A DNA stretch of 64,000 bases from Octopus sinensis. Its lineage: Eukaryota. Made by a program: the position numbers and the translations under genes. Shown here in pieces: positions 1 to 13,929 of this stretch (positions are counted from its first letter, which is position 1; every line of letters starts with the position of its first letter). The DNA lies in the NCBI RefSeq assembly GCF_006345805.1, contig NC_042997.1, positions 72,602,001-72,666,000 on the forward strand. Direction: 5' to 3'. The notes beneath the pieces were generated by a model. That model worked only from the letters and a program-made list of their open reading frames with translations, was not told the origin of the DNA and made no database searches.

Positions 1-514
1 GTGGACATGCAATATGCTAAATGTAGACCCCATATGGTCTGACCATTTAAAAAAAATTGTCATGAAAATTCGGCAAACGCCGGAACGTAAGCGAGCAAGA
101 CAAATGAAAAGACACAAAATATAATGATTAGTCACATACCAGGTTTCATTGTTACTGTTTACATATTTACATATGTAAGTGTCCGAAAATTATCAGTGCG
201 ACCGTCATAGAAAATATAAATTGCAGAACTGTATACGAAAGAGAACATGCATTCAGTTGTCATATTTGGAGGCATATTTCAAATGTCTTCGTTTTGGCGC
301 ACCAAGGCCGGGAATGATTCTGCAGAAAATAATTTTCTCATCGAAGCCTGCCGGTTAAAGAACATGGTTATTTAAATTTAAATAATAAGGGTAAAAAATT
401 GAATATTAATTTGATTAGTATCAATTTAAACCGACATCCAGTATGCTAAATGTAGACCCCATATGGTCTACATTTAGCATATTGGATATCCACCAAGTGG
501 TCATCACTCTTATA

Positions 515-632
<118 letters not shown>

Positions 633-873
633 CATAAGGGGGATCAGCCATCTGTGATCCCCCTTATGTTATAGAGCAGTTACTGTTTATATCTCGCTCA
701 GAGATTTATTATTGTTATATATATATATATATACTAAGCAATAAAGGGTTTAGCAAAGAATTGCCTTACCACATACCGAATTTAGAAATAGCAGTCAAAG
801 GGTTATAGCTATTTCTTCTACTAAAAAGGGAGATCTCAGTAAAAACAGCAATTGGAAGGCAGACACAAACAGG

Positions 874-959
<86 letters not shown>

Positions 960-980
960 TATATAATATATATATATATA

Positions 981-1850
981 TTCGTTTATTCTTTTACGTG
1001 TCTCGAACCTATTCGGAAATTTAGTAAGGCGGTTGGGGTTGAAAATGGTCCAAAAGTTTTTAATAGGAATGTGAAATTAGTAAAAACAGTGAAACGAATT
1101 TATTCCGTAAGAAAATTAGGGAAATATTTAAGGTTAAGAGGAGGTAATAACTAGGGTAAGGGACAAACTAGGGTTACATCGAACGTTGGACCTTAGCCTA
1201 TCTCACTTCGGACAACAGGTGGAAAGGCTTAACCACATAAATGAATAAAAATTACACTTAACCGATAAGCACTTTATTGTGATTAACACAATTAATTAAT
1301 ACTACAAACGTAATTATTATAAATTATTATGATTAATATAAAACCTTATTGCATCTTCACCCCTTCTCCGTCTAAAACCTATTGGCGTATCTCACTGTTA
1401 CATTTTGTTATTTTATTATTTATCTATCCCATCCCCACCGTACAAAGGATTAATCCACCAATTGCTATTTTTGGTTTAGTCATTTACTTATCGTCCTAAA
1501 GAGATATGCAAACAAAATGGTATGATTACAACCATATTCAACTTTTTTTCTCTTTTTTCTCTATGCACTTCTTTATTTATTCTTCACTCTGATGAAGCTC
1601 CATGTTTCAGATCGGTTTTATTACCAAATATGATAAATATTTTTAGCGTATCAGTGGCAATACCACACAACATTGGAAGCAGAAACAGTTGTTAGATATG
1701 ATGCAGTCTATTTGAATTGAATTAATAAGTAATAATTAATATAAGTCAATTGTTGTTCATCGATATTTCTCCATTTCCTGCTTTCTTTAAATTTTGATTC
1801 TTGATAAACTCATGCTTATTCTTGTCTTTACCTATAATTTATGAGCATAA
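981..1850 (+). mobile_element. Penelope-like 3' tail/pLTR fragment
   Basis: CTGATGAAGCTCC...GGAAGCAGAAACAGTTGT degenerate hammerhead core at about 1588-1692; flanked by (TA)n. Confidence 0.35.
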
Positions 1851-2665
1851 TATGCTTACATATGTATGCCCGTGGTTAAGTATAATTAATATACCGGTAG
1901 TGTAATGGATACTTCCAACCCTTAGACGGTTATTTTAACCTGTAAGTCAGCTAACCTATATATATATATATATGTGTGTGTGTGTATGTGCGCGCGCGCA
2001 CGTCTGTGTGTGTGTGTATCTGTGTGTCTGTCTGTGTGTATACATATTTCTATTTTTCTGAGAAATAACTGGTGCTTTGTTAAAAAAATGCAACACAAAT
2101 ATGTGCAATACCTGTTTGGATACAATCAACAAGAAGTGTATGAATATGTCTTTCAGTAAAGCTTTTATTATTCTACTGGTTTGCTTAGAATATATATTTG
2201 CAAGATATATTTTACGTGATCACTTTGCTTGAAAGAAATTACTAGACATTTAAGACCGTCAAAGAAATATGCACTGGCATAACCAAATACCGCAATATTT
2301 GTAAATACATTAAGATTTTATCAACTTAAAGAGATAGCAGCTTTCAAAATACTTGTTCCTAAATATTCCAATATTTTAAGAAGAGATATTTAACTATCAT
2401 ATGCGTTGACTGACGGTGCGAGTTTTGTTTTTTAATTTTGTTCAAATATCGGTTTCAAATTTTGCGCAAGGCCAGCAGTTCGGGGGAAGGGGTAAGATGA
2501 TTAAATTCACCCCATTGCTCAACTGGTACTCTTTTTATACACCTCGAAAGGCAAAGTCGTGTTCGGCGGAAATTCTGTTAAAATATTAAGATGGCATAAA
2601 AACTCATATTTGATATTTGATATTAGAACTCTGACTAAAAAGTTTCCTCTATTTCGTTTCTCTAG

Positions 2666-2740
2666 GATTGTTGGAGAATATGGCACCAGATGGGGTAGAA
2701 ACAACTGGGCTGCAAGTGGAGTATTTAGTAAAGGGTCCAT
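2666..2740 (+). CDS. Internal coding exon (75 nt, phase 1-1) of unknown host gene; (G)LLENMAPDGVETTGLQVEYLVKGP
   Basis: Strong acceptor TTTCCTCTATTTCGTTTCTCTAG, donor CAT|GTAGGT, open phase-1 frame, size matches sibling exons. Confidence 0.75.
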
Positions 2741-3352
2741 GTAGGTATAATATATATCAATGCATACACACACATAAACACATACATACGCACATACACA
2801 CACACACGTACACACACATACTAACATACACATCCATATATCTCTATATATAAAACTGAAATGCGTTTTTACCGCTTGGATCGCTTTCAATGCTACTACG
2901 TCCCGTCCGATTCGCTCCAAAATTTACAGGGACATGTAGAATGAGGTGACGATGCCCGTGGGCTACCTTAGAAATCCCTATCTTAAAAGGTGTGGTTGCT
3001 AGGGGCCATCTTCCTCACTCACGCTATTTCCTCCATTCCCCCCTAACTCCCCTTCATGAATAACTTTGACAAGTCCACTACCGTTATTTAACGTATCTGT
3101 CTTCCTCAACTCACTCTCGGTATTTCCTCTCTTCCAAGAACATTTTCACTCACTCTATCTCTTAGCTTCCCATATCTTTCACTTATGTATCTGTCTGCAT
3201 TCATTCAGAGAAACAAATATTCCATCGCCATCGCCATCGCCATCGCATTCTATTGTCTACCTGTCAACGCGCCGATCGACCAAATACAAAGACAAGGTTC
3301 CCTGCTTACCAGTCGAATTCAGCGTCAACGCTCACGTATGAGAGAGACTCCA

Positions 3353-3391
<39 letters not shown>

Positions 3392-3536
3392 ATGTGTGCA
3401 TTATGTGGTCCAATTTTATATTTTATATATTTTCTATATTATATTTTTATTTTTATGTTTTTGTTTTTGGTTTTTTACTCTTTCATTTGCCTATTACTGG
3501 TTTTATCTCCAATTTAATTTGTACATATATATACTC

Positions 3537-3942
3537 TTTACTCTTTACTCTTTTACTTGTTTCAGTAATTTGACTGCGGCCATGCTGGAGCACCGCCTTT
3601 AGTAGAGCAAATCGACCCCGGGACTTATTCTTTGTAAGCCCAGTACTTATTCTATCGGTCTCTTTTGCCGAACCGCTAAGTAACGGGGACGTAAACACAC
3701 CAGCATCGGCTGTCAAGCAATGCTTGGGGGACAAACACAGACACACAAACACACACATACATATACATATATATGCATATATACGACAGGCTTCTTTCAG
3801 TTTCCGTCTACCAAATCCACTCACAAAGCTTTGGTCGGCCCGAGGCTATAGTAGAAGACACTTGCCCAAGGTGCCACGCAGTGGGACTGAACTCGGAACC
3901 ATGAGGTTGGTAAACAAGCTACTTACCACACAACCACTCCTG
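3537..3942 (-). mobile_element. tRNA-derived SINE, family A (full length)
   Basis: tRNA-like head with GGTTCCGAGTTCAGTCCC B-box, central (CA)/(TA) tract, shared tail with the other family A copies. Confidence 0.9.
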
Positions 3943-4166
3943 TATATATAATGCGTGCACACACACACACACACACCTATATATATATATTTATAATGTG
4001 TGCATTATGTGGTCGGTCGGTTCAGCTGAAAATATGCACACCTATGTTAAAAGTACTGGCAAGTTTGCATGACAACTATATTTTTCCTCAAATTAAAGGC
4101 GTGACCTCTACGACAAAATTCCTCATCTTATAAAATGTGGCCCCAGTAGACCCGAATGAAATCGGG

Positions 4167-5270
4167 TTATATTTTATACAGGTTTCTAGTTTTATCTGAT
4201 TGTACTATAATTCCTTCCATGTTACGCATTTCTTTAATTCTAATAGCTTGATTTGTTAGATATTCATTATGTCTATTTGAGTATTTATGAAATTTAATAT
4301 TTTTCACCACCTTAGAAATATTATCCTCTAAAACCTGTATATCCCTATTATACAGGGGTTCATTTCTAGGTTTAAATTTAGAATTGATATAATTACTATT
4401 CTCTACATCGTTAACATTAGATATGTTACAATTATTGTAGTAGGTTTTGCATTTAATCCTATTAATAAAATCTTTGATATTATTAAATTTCAAAATATTT
4501 TTTTTCAATATGGTATAGTAATATCCTTCAAAGATGAATCGCAAAATAGCGGTTCTATCTTACCTGTAAGTTCCATAACTAACGAAATTGAGAGTTAAAT
4601 ACACTCGATAAACGTTAGTTATAAATATAAATATAATAATAATAATAATAGTAGAGAATATAATTGCAAAAATTACGGGGGAAAATTCAAATTAACAATT
4701 TTAAATCAAATTTCACAGTATGTATATATGTATATAATTTAGAGAAAAATCTCTATCAAACAATTCAATAATGAAAGATGTTATTCACACCATATAGAAA
4801 ACATATACTAAAAAAACTTATTCTAAAACTCAATAAAGTACAATAAATAGTAAATAGATAGTAATAAAAAAAATCAATTCGATTTAAAATCAAATCGATC
4901 TAAAATTAATTCTATTAAAAATATAGTCACTCATCAGGTCTAAAATAAATAATTAAAAAATGATAATAGAATAAATGTACTTATCTTAACTTATACTAAT
5001 TATCAAATAAATATATAAAAATGCGTCATCCTCTTTATAAAGTTCTACGTATTACGTTTAAATTTTTAGTTAACAAAAATCCTTCGATAAGATAAGTTAT
5101 GCTTTTCTTTTAAGAAATATTGTTAAATGCTTTTCGATTATTTATAGTTAATACACGTATTTTTATATATTTATTTGATAATTAGTATAAGTTAAGATAA
5201 GTACATTTATTCTATTATTATTTTTAAAATTTATTTTAGACCTGATGAGTGACTTTTTAAATCGAATTGA

Positions 5271-5306
<36 letters not shown>

Positions 5307-5380
5307 CATATATTTGAAAATATAGCCATGAAACGCGTGTAGTCTTTTTACTACTATTTACTATTTATTGTATTTTATTC
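4167..5380 (-). mobile_element. Penelope-like element 5' part with inverted pLTR
   Basis: ORF 4167-4544 ends IVQSDKTRNLYKI (N-terminal DKTRNLY motif of Penelope ORFs); inverted repeat about 4870-5025 vs 5155-5275 containing CTGATGAGTGAC. Confidence 0.65.
5238..5345 (+). ncRNA. Hammerhead-like motif in Penelope pLTR, stem II damaged and carrying an (ATT)n insert
   Basis: AGAC-CTGATGA-GTGAC...GCCAT-GAAAC(GCGT)GTA-GTCT. Confidence 0.5.
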
Positions 5381-5689
5381 ATCCGGGACAATAAAAATCT
5401 GCAAGATCTACTCAAGATTTCGTAGATGATGAGCAAAACTAGATGCTTTTCTTCACAACTTTGCAATCAAAGTAGGTGGCCGGTCAAAACTGAAGCGAAG
5501 TAAACAAAAGAAAAAGAAAGTATGCCTAAATATATACAATCATACACACATATCTATTAATATACTTATCTATACATAACGATTTCTGTGTATGTGTGTG
5601 TTTTAGTTTGTTAGATGAATTCATTCGTTTATCCCCATTATTTTAATCTATAACTTTCATTAATACTTTTAACAAATCGGTCAATAATA

Positions 5690-6065
5690 TAATTCTCCTT
5701 CATTGTTAAGGACTTCTTACCAACGTTCCACAAACTTGTCAATGTTTGACAGTAGAAATCACCGGGTTTTGACTGCAAGAATTCATCGAGCTTATTTTTC
5801 AGCTCCACGTTTTGTGGAACGAAAAGGTTGAATAGCTGAAGATGTTATATCAGGACAATTCGGATGGTGCGAAAGAATTTCCCAACCGAGCTCTTGAATA
5901 GCATTTTTGGTGAAATAAATGGCATGGGGGAAAGTGCTGTCATTGTTGAAGAAGTGCGCCATCTCACTGGTCTGCTCGCTTCAGCTGGATTGCCTCGTTG
6001 AGCCGATGCACTGATAGTGTAGTTGTTTTCAAGTATTTCGTTGAGGATTCACCCTTTCTATTCCA
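5690..6065 (-). pseudogene. Degenerate mariner transposase C-terminus
   Basis: RLNEAIQLKR..IQELGWEILSHHPNCPDI..DFY..IDKFVERW. Confidence 0.75.
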
Positions 6066-6659
6066 ACCAAATGTAGATTATTGCCTTGCTTGGATACAGC
6101 TCTGGCTTGGCTCGAATTGTTGCTGGATATCGGGACTTAGCCACTCCTTTCTCTGCTTCATATTGACATAAAACACCATACTTTTTTGCCGGTAATGATG
6201 CAGTGAAGAAATAATTGTTTGTGTCCACAACTTGCCTGGTGTCAAACGAGGAAATTGGCGTCGATAAACGAACGAAATCCGTTGAAATTGGTATATATAT
6301 ATGGGCAACATACACACACACATACACGAACGTACGTACACCTATTGCATACATGTTTTTTGTTCGTATACATGTTCGTGTGTGTATGTGTGTGTGTTGC
6401 CCGTATATCAATAAAACACTTTTTTCCACGATGGAAAAAACAACAAAAGTCTTAACAAAAATTTACTCGTTGCAAACAATGGTGATTTCTTCGACTTGAA
6501 TATTGTTAAAAGTTTTGGTAGAAATTTTATTTTTACTGCTATTCGCTGGTGCCTCTGAGAAAAATAAGTTGACGAAAATACAGCTAGGGTCATAACGAAT
6601 GTCCTCCTAAAATTGGAGCGGCATGCGTGCTAATTTGCGGACGTGCATAAATTACATTC

Positions 6660-6895
6660 ACTTAATCCGCTTGTCTGTCCTTGTTTGTCCCCTCTGTGTT
6701 TAGCCCCTTGTGGGTAGTAAAGAAATAGGTATTTCGTCTGCCGCTACGTTCTGAGTTCAAACACCGCCGAGGTCGACTTTGCCATTCATTCTTTCGGGAT
6801 CGATAAATTAAGTACCAGTTGCGTACTGGGGTCGATATAATCGACTGGTCCCCTCCCCCAAAATTTCGGCCCTTTTGGCTCGATTAGAAAAGAAT
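6660..6895 (+). mobile_element. tRNA-derived SINE, family B
   Basis: GAGTTCAAACACCGCCGAGGTCGACTTTGCC..GGGGTCGAT; related copies at about 2445-2578 and 36520-36650. Confidence 0.85.
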
Positions 6896-6940
6896 ATCAA
6901 ATACTTTAGTTAATAATTTTCTTCCTTTCTATTTCTCCAG

Positions 6941-7015
6941 TACTCACGAATACGATGTCAAAGGAGTTAGAGTCCCAGGCTGAGGATACAGATAACTATA
7001 AGACGGGAATACCAG
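6941..7015 (+). CDS. Internal coding exon (75 nt, phase 1-1); LTNTMSKELESQAEDTDNYKTGIP
   Basis: Acceptor TTTTCTTCCTTTCTATTTCTCCAG, donor CAG|GTATGG; only the phase-1 frame is open; ends I-P like siblings. Confidence 0.85.
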
Positions 7016-7354
7016 GTATGGATACATCCCATCCGCACACAAATACACTCCATACACCACACACACACAGCCAAGTATACACATTCACACATGTAAATGC
7101 GCATATGAATATGAATGCCTTTCTACGGTTGTACTGTTTTCTTAAAACCGCTCGACTTTAGAACTGTCTTCCATCTCAGTGTTTCCTTATCTCTGTGACC
7201 CGAACTGTTTCAAGTTTTAACTAAATTGCTTCCTTTCATCGCTAATTTCACCATGTTCACACTCCCTTACACTAAGTGTACATTTGGGACATTCTGATTA
7301 AAAAAAAAGTGTGTGCATCTATAATCTATATACTTATGGATAATATCACATTTT

Positions 7355-7620
7355 TGTGGAAGACATCACACATATGATCAGCAGCTGCCCAAAACTGTTA
7401 TCGAGCTATTACCTCCTGGTGCGACAAGACGTTGTCTCTAAAACAATGTACAATCGAACACGTACATTCCCATCAAAACGTCTATCAAGTTTAGACATAA
7501 CAGGCTGGATATTGTTTTTCGATCAGAAAAGAAAATGTATGTACCACCATAGAGGTTCGCTGCCTTGCTCATGGGAATATCTCTTGGAAAGTCAAAGAAA
7601 ACTTTTTCAGTTTCCATGAG
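7355..7620 (+). mobile_element. R4/Dong-like RLE LINE small fragment
   Basis: EDITHMISSCPKLLSSYYLLVRQDVV..IPIKTSIKFRHNRLDI. Confidence 0.65.
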
Positions 7621-8743
7621 TAAATGCGTGAGTGACAATTTGTAAAATCAAGGGTTTTCAGAAAAAAGAAATCAGCCTAACTCGCATATGGGAAATCCGT
7701 TGAAATTGGTATATATATATGGTCAACATACACACACACATACACAAACGTACTCCTTATCTCTGTGACCCGAACTGTTTCAAGTTTTAACTAAATTGCT
7801 TCCTTTCAGAAAACTATGCATTACATTTCTCAAGTTCAAAATGTGAATTTGCTTTTGTTATATGTATTCCAACAATGGTGTTTTGGATCTTTGTAAGATA
7901 GCAGATTCTTCATGTCATATATAAACATATATGCATCTCTTATTATAAAAGGCAGATTTTATCTGCCTCCCTTTGTCACTTATAGAAATCTACAATATAG
8001 GATTTCTTCAATTACAATTTACCTAGCATTTTTAAGAGTAGAATGCATCGGGTCATGCCAGGTCCAGTTTTTAAAATTTAAACTCCAATTAAGCAAAATT
8101 TACAGAAAACTCACATTCTGGTGTGTATGTCAAATGCTTTTCTTAGTCTGGTTTACAGCACACGCAAACGCACACACACAGTGTGCAACGAATAAAGTGA
8201 AACTAGATGTAATATTTGTTTCTGTCTATCACGCTGATAGATACATGAGTAAAATGTATGGCAAGCTAAGAGATAAGAGTGACTGAAATTGTTCTTGGAA
8301 GAGAGTAAATAGCGACAGAGTGATTTGAGGAAGACTAAACTGAAAGTATGAAACAGTGTTTATGTATAAACAGACGACACTTATATATAGTTATTAATAA
8401 ATGTATGCATCCGTTTAACCCTTTCGTTACCAAACCGCCCGAATTTACCTATTCATATTTAAATGAGAATATCAGAGTAAATCTCTTTAGTACATTCGTG
8501 AAAACACGTATTATACTTCGTAAACACTTCAAATACAGTTTTGTACAAAAATCGAAGTGTAATTTTAATTCCGTGAATTATGGGAGATTTTTTTCCGAAA
8601 TTTGTTCCTATTGTGTTTTCAAAATTTGTAATTCTGACAAAAAATGGATACGAATTTCATTATATCAAGCAGCGAGTTAGAATTCGAAGGATTTTCTACT
8701 GAAGACCTTCATAAATCTAACTTTATGACTGAAAAAAAACCCA

Positions 8744-9138
8744 TCTTTATATAAGAGTGAAGTTGTGTGTCTGTCTCCTACGATTTAGATTCGTAACTAC
8801 TCCCACATTTTGCGGTGCAGTTTAACCAAAAGCGGGTATCTTATAGTCGTGATTCATATCGAGCCCTTCTGGGTATTAGCGCGCGTCTACGATGAGTCTA
8901 CGATTTAAAAAAATTTACTATCATATTTTTCCATTTTAATGCATTTTTTCGCTTTTATATAAGGGAAGTAACTCTCTAAAAATATCTACGATGTGTCAAC
9001 GATTTTAAAAAAAAATTTACCTTAATTTTTTTTCAATTTTTAATGCATTTTTTTGCTATTTTTTGGCTATAACTCTCTAAAAATGCTTATATAGTTATTT
9101 CCCTTACAAACCCGAGCAACGCCGGGCGATACTGCTAG
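8744..9138 (+). mobile_element. Non-autonomous Helitron-like element
   Basis: A|TC start, subterminal hairpin CCCGAGCAACGCCGGG, CTAG|T end, internal tandem repeat. Confidence 0.8.
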
Positions 9139-9168
9139 TGTGTATATATATGTGCGTGCGTATGTGTG

Positions 9169-9220
<52 letters not shown>

Positions 9221-9229
9221 TATATATAT

Positions 9230-10140
9230 TTTTGCTGGCAAGGACGAAAGTGTAGTAGCAGCGCGTGGAGGCAGTCTTTTCAATAGTGGTAACCACGTGT
9301 AAAGGAATTTTGTTTTATAGGCAAGGAAGAGGGAAGGAGGAGGGGGACACGCGGCGAAGAGAGAGGAGGAGGGGGAGGGAGAAAGATTGAAGAGGTTAAA
9401 GCAAAGGGAGAGAGTACCGCATCTTCAATATAATAATATTAATATAAAAAAAGGGGACCAAGAAGTGGATCGAAACGACGAATCGGAACGAACCTGATGC
9501 GGGGCGCTGTCAGACAATAAGGAGATAAATAAAAATATATGCATACATACAAACATATAGTACGTACCTACATCTACATGTATATATACATGCATATATA
9601 AATAATTATACGGAAGTACAGGACATCACAATAAGACGTAGAAACAGAAAAAAACAAAAAACAAGAAAACGGAAAACGAAAACCAAATACAGGACAGGTT
9701 ACACAAGGACAAAACCCCCGTCATCAGCTGTCGCTAGAGGAGTCAGGCATGTTTCGAAGGCATAACAGAACACTAATCCAATAGGCCTTCCTGCGAGAGA
9801 ATTAAAATAAAATTTCAAGCAGCGGGGCACAATGAGTACGAACACAAACAAGACGTAACAATAAGACTGCAAAATTAAAATACATGTACAAAAAAAACAC
9901 AAGAGGACGAACGAAAAAGCCTTTTTTCTGGCATAGACAAACAATAAAACTGCAAAAATAAAAATACATGTACAAAAAGTACAATTAGTTACAAAACGAG
10001 AAAATAACAAGAATACTATACAGGAAATTAACCACACAAGGGGACGAACGAAAATTATTTATATATGCATGTATATATACATGTAGATGTAGGTACGTAC
10101 ATATATGTTTGTATGTATGCATATATTTTTATTTATCTCC
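9230..10140 (-). mobile_element. Penelope-like tail with inverted terminal segment
   Basis: 9521-9610 is the reverse complement of 10053-10140; CTGATGA-type motif at about 9720 on minus. Confidence 0.4.
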
Positions 10141-10688
10141 TATATATATATATATATATATATATAAACAATAATAAATCTCTGAACGAGATATAAACAG
10201 TAACTGCTCGACAACGTAAGGGGGATCAGCCATCTGAATGTGGCTAGGGACAGGGCGGGGTGGTATTACTGATGCTTTTAGCCCCAGGCGATCATCAACG
10301 TCACCAGAAGGGCTGACACCACCTCTGAGATATTGTGAGAGGATGGGAGAGGAGAGCTATCAGGATAAAAGGAATAGGGGAGGGATAGAAGGAAGAGATA
10401 AGAATTTAAGGAAGGAATATGTGTGAGAAGTGAGAGGTGGAGTGATATGTTTGAAAGGCACTAAGGTGGGGAGATATGTAAAGAAAATGGTACGGGGTGT
10501 ACCAAAGCGAGAAGTAAACCTATAAATGGGAGAGAAGGATATAATGGTCAAGTTTCTAAAAATAGACGTGGGTATTTATTGTACTAGTTATGTGTATATG
10601 CATTATTGTATAGGCCCGCATACTTATATACGTATACCCATACGCGTATCTGCGTATATATATATATACACTCTCATACACACATATC

Positions 10689-10719
<31 letters not shown>

Positions 10720-10722
10720 ATG

Positions 10723-11916
10723 TAACGTAAGGGAGATCAGCCATCTGAATGTGGCTAGGGACAGGGCGGGGTGGTGTTGGTGTTACTGATGCTTTTAGCC
10801 CCAGGCGAACATCAACGTCACCAGAAGGGCTGACACCCTGAGATGGTGTCAGCCTTTCTGGTGACGTTGATGATCGCCTGGGGCTAAAAGCATCAGTAAC
10901 ACCCCCACCACCCCGCCCTGTCCCTAGCCACATTCAGATGGCTGATCTCCCTTACGTTATATATATATATATATATATACATGTAGATATGTGTGTATGA
11001 GAGTGTATATATATATACGCAGATACGCGTATGGGTATACGTATATAAGTATGCGGCCTATACAATAATGCATATACACATAACTAGTACAATAAATACC
11101 CACGTCTATTTTTAGAAACTTGACCATTATATCCTTCTCTCCCATTTATAGGTTTACTTCTCGCTTTGGTACACCCCGTACCATTTTCTTTACATATCTC
11201 CCCACCTTAGTGCCTTTCAAACATATCACTCCACCTCTCACTTCTCACACATATTCCTTCCTTAAATTCTTATCTCTTCCTTCTATCCCTTCCCTATTCC
11301 TTTTATCTGATAGCTCTCCTCTCCCATCCTCTCACAATATCTTGACCACCATCTAGCACTCCTTTAAAAAAATTTTTCTTCCTCTTTATTTCTTTCTTTC
11401 TCTCTTCTTTCCTCCCCTATCCTTTTGACAAGTACCATTCTCCTCGTAACATACATATCTATTCTCTTCTGTTTATCTACTTAACCCTACCAGTACATTC
11501 TCAAAATGTCATTCACACCACAAGACCCTTTTGAATGAACAACACAAGTAATTCATATCTCCATACTATCTACTTGTAATAACAAAATATGAACTCCTAT
11601 CGGAATCGACATAGCATGGACAAGAAGCATTTATACCCATCCTACACAGCGCTTTTCTTGGATGATGGAACTTCAACTGTAACATCCTACATATATTTTT
11701 ACTCTTATTTTTATTCTCTTATTTTCCTTTATACTTCCTGTAGCCATCCATTTCCAAAATAGCTCCTTATATAACTCTACTATTTCCCTCTAGTTAAGTA
11801 TCTTATATAATTTCTGATGAAGGGATGTCCCTAATATCAGCTGTAAAACTACCTTTCTCTTTGTAAATGTCCTATAAATTCCACACAGCCTTGGTTTTGT
11901 TGTCTCATTTTATTTG

Positions 11917-11978
<62 letters not shown>

Positions 11979-13505
11979 TTATTATATATTCTGTTAAGAA
12001 TAGAATAGTAGAGTACAGTATGAAGCTCGTACATATTCAGATTTCAATATGTGCCAATCAGTAGTAATAAAGCTCGTCTACCTTCAGATTTCACCCTGTG
12101 TTAGTCAATATATATATATATGTGCGCGCGTGTGTGTGTGTGTGTGTGTGCATGTGTGTGTGTGTGTGCATGTGTGCGTGCGTGCGTGTGCGTGTGCGCA
12201 TGTGCGTGTGCTTGTGCGCGTGTGCGTGCGTGTGTATCTATGTGTCTGTGTGTGCTTATATATGCATATGTATGTGTGTATATATATATATTATATATAT
12301 ATATATATGTAACGTAAGGGAGATCAGCCATCTGAATGTGGCTAGGGACAGGGCGGGGTGGTGTTGGTGTTACTGATGCTTTTAGCCCCAGGCGAACATC
12401 AACGTCACCAGAAGGGCTGACACCCTGAGATGGTGTCAGCCTTTCTGGTGACGTTGATGATCGCCTGGGGCTAAAAGCATCAGTAACACCCCCACCACCC
12501 CGCCCTGTCCCTAGCCACATTCAGATGGCTGATCTCCCTTACGTTATATATATATATATATATATACATGTAGATATGTGTGTATGAGAGTGTATATATA
12601 TATACGCAGATACGCGTATGGGTATACGTATATAAGTATGCGGGCCTATACAATAATGCATATACACATAACTAGTACAATAAATACCCACGTCTATTTT
12701 TAGAAACTTGACCATTATATCCTTCTCTCCCATTTATAGGTTTACTTCTCGCTTTGGTACACCCCGTACCATTTTCTTTACATATCTCCCCACCTTAGTG
12801 CCTTTCAAACATATCACTCCACCTCTCACTTCTCACACATATTCCTTCCTTAAATTCTTATCTCTTCCTTCTATCCCTTCCCTATTCCTTTTATCCTGAT
12901 AGCTCTCCTCTCCCATCCTCTCACAATATCTTGACCACCATCTAGCACTCCTTTAAAAAAATTTTTCTTCCTCTTTATTTCTTTCTTTCTCTCTTCTTTC
13001 CTCCCCTATCCTTTTGACAAGTACCATTCTCCTCGTAACATACATATCTATTCTCTTCTGTTTATCTACTTAACCCTACCAGTACATTCTCAAAATGTCA
13101 TTCACACCACAAGACCCTTTTGAATGAACAACACAAGTAATTCATATCTCCATACTATCTACTTGTAATAACAAAATATGAACTCCTATCGGAATCGACA
13201 TAGCATGGACAAGAAGCATTTATACCCATCCTACACAGCGCTTTTCTTGGATGATGGAACTTCAACTGTAACATCCTACATATATTTTTACTCTTATTTT
13301 TATTCTCTTATTTTCCTTTATACTTCCTGTAGCCATCCATTTCCAAAATAGCTCCTTATATAACTCTACTATTTCCCTCTAGTTAAGTATCTTATATAAT
13401 TTCTGATGAAGGGATGTCCCTAATATCAGCTGTAAAACTACCTTTCTCTTTGTAAATGTCCTATAAATTCCACACAGCCTTGGTTTTGTTGTCTCATTTT
13501 ATTTG

Positions 13506-13548
<43 letters not shown>

Positions 13549-13870
13549 ACACACACACACACACACACATAGTTATTATATATTCTGTTAAGAATAGAAT
13601 AGTAGAGTACAGTATGAAGCTCGTACATATTCAGATTTCAATATGTGCCAATCAGTAGTAATAAAGCTCGTCTACCTTCAGATTTCACCCTGTGTTAGTC
13701 AATATATATATATATGTGCGCGCGTGTGTGTGTGTGTGTGTGTGCATGTGTGTGTGTGTGCATGTGTGCGTGCGTGCGTGTGCGTGTGCGCATGTGCGTG
13801 TGCTTGTGCGCGTGTGCGTGCGTGTGTATCTATGTGTCTGTGTGTGCTTATATATGCATATGTATGTGTG

Positions 13871-13890
<20 letters not shown>
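10723..13890. repeat. Near-identical tandem duplication (period 1587 bp), each unit starting with a fold-back of the retrozyme-like family followed by a Penelope-like tail
   Basis: 10723-12309 matches 12310-13890 apart from homopolymer and microsatellite indels; 10325-10845 is inverted at 10855-11340. Confidence 0.9.

Positions 13891-13929
<39 letters not shown>

Noticed and set aside
9700-9790. GAAAC upstream of CTGATGA on the minus strand as a type II hammerhead
   Set aside because: Stem II closing pair and stem I/III pairing are not consistent
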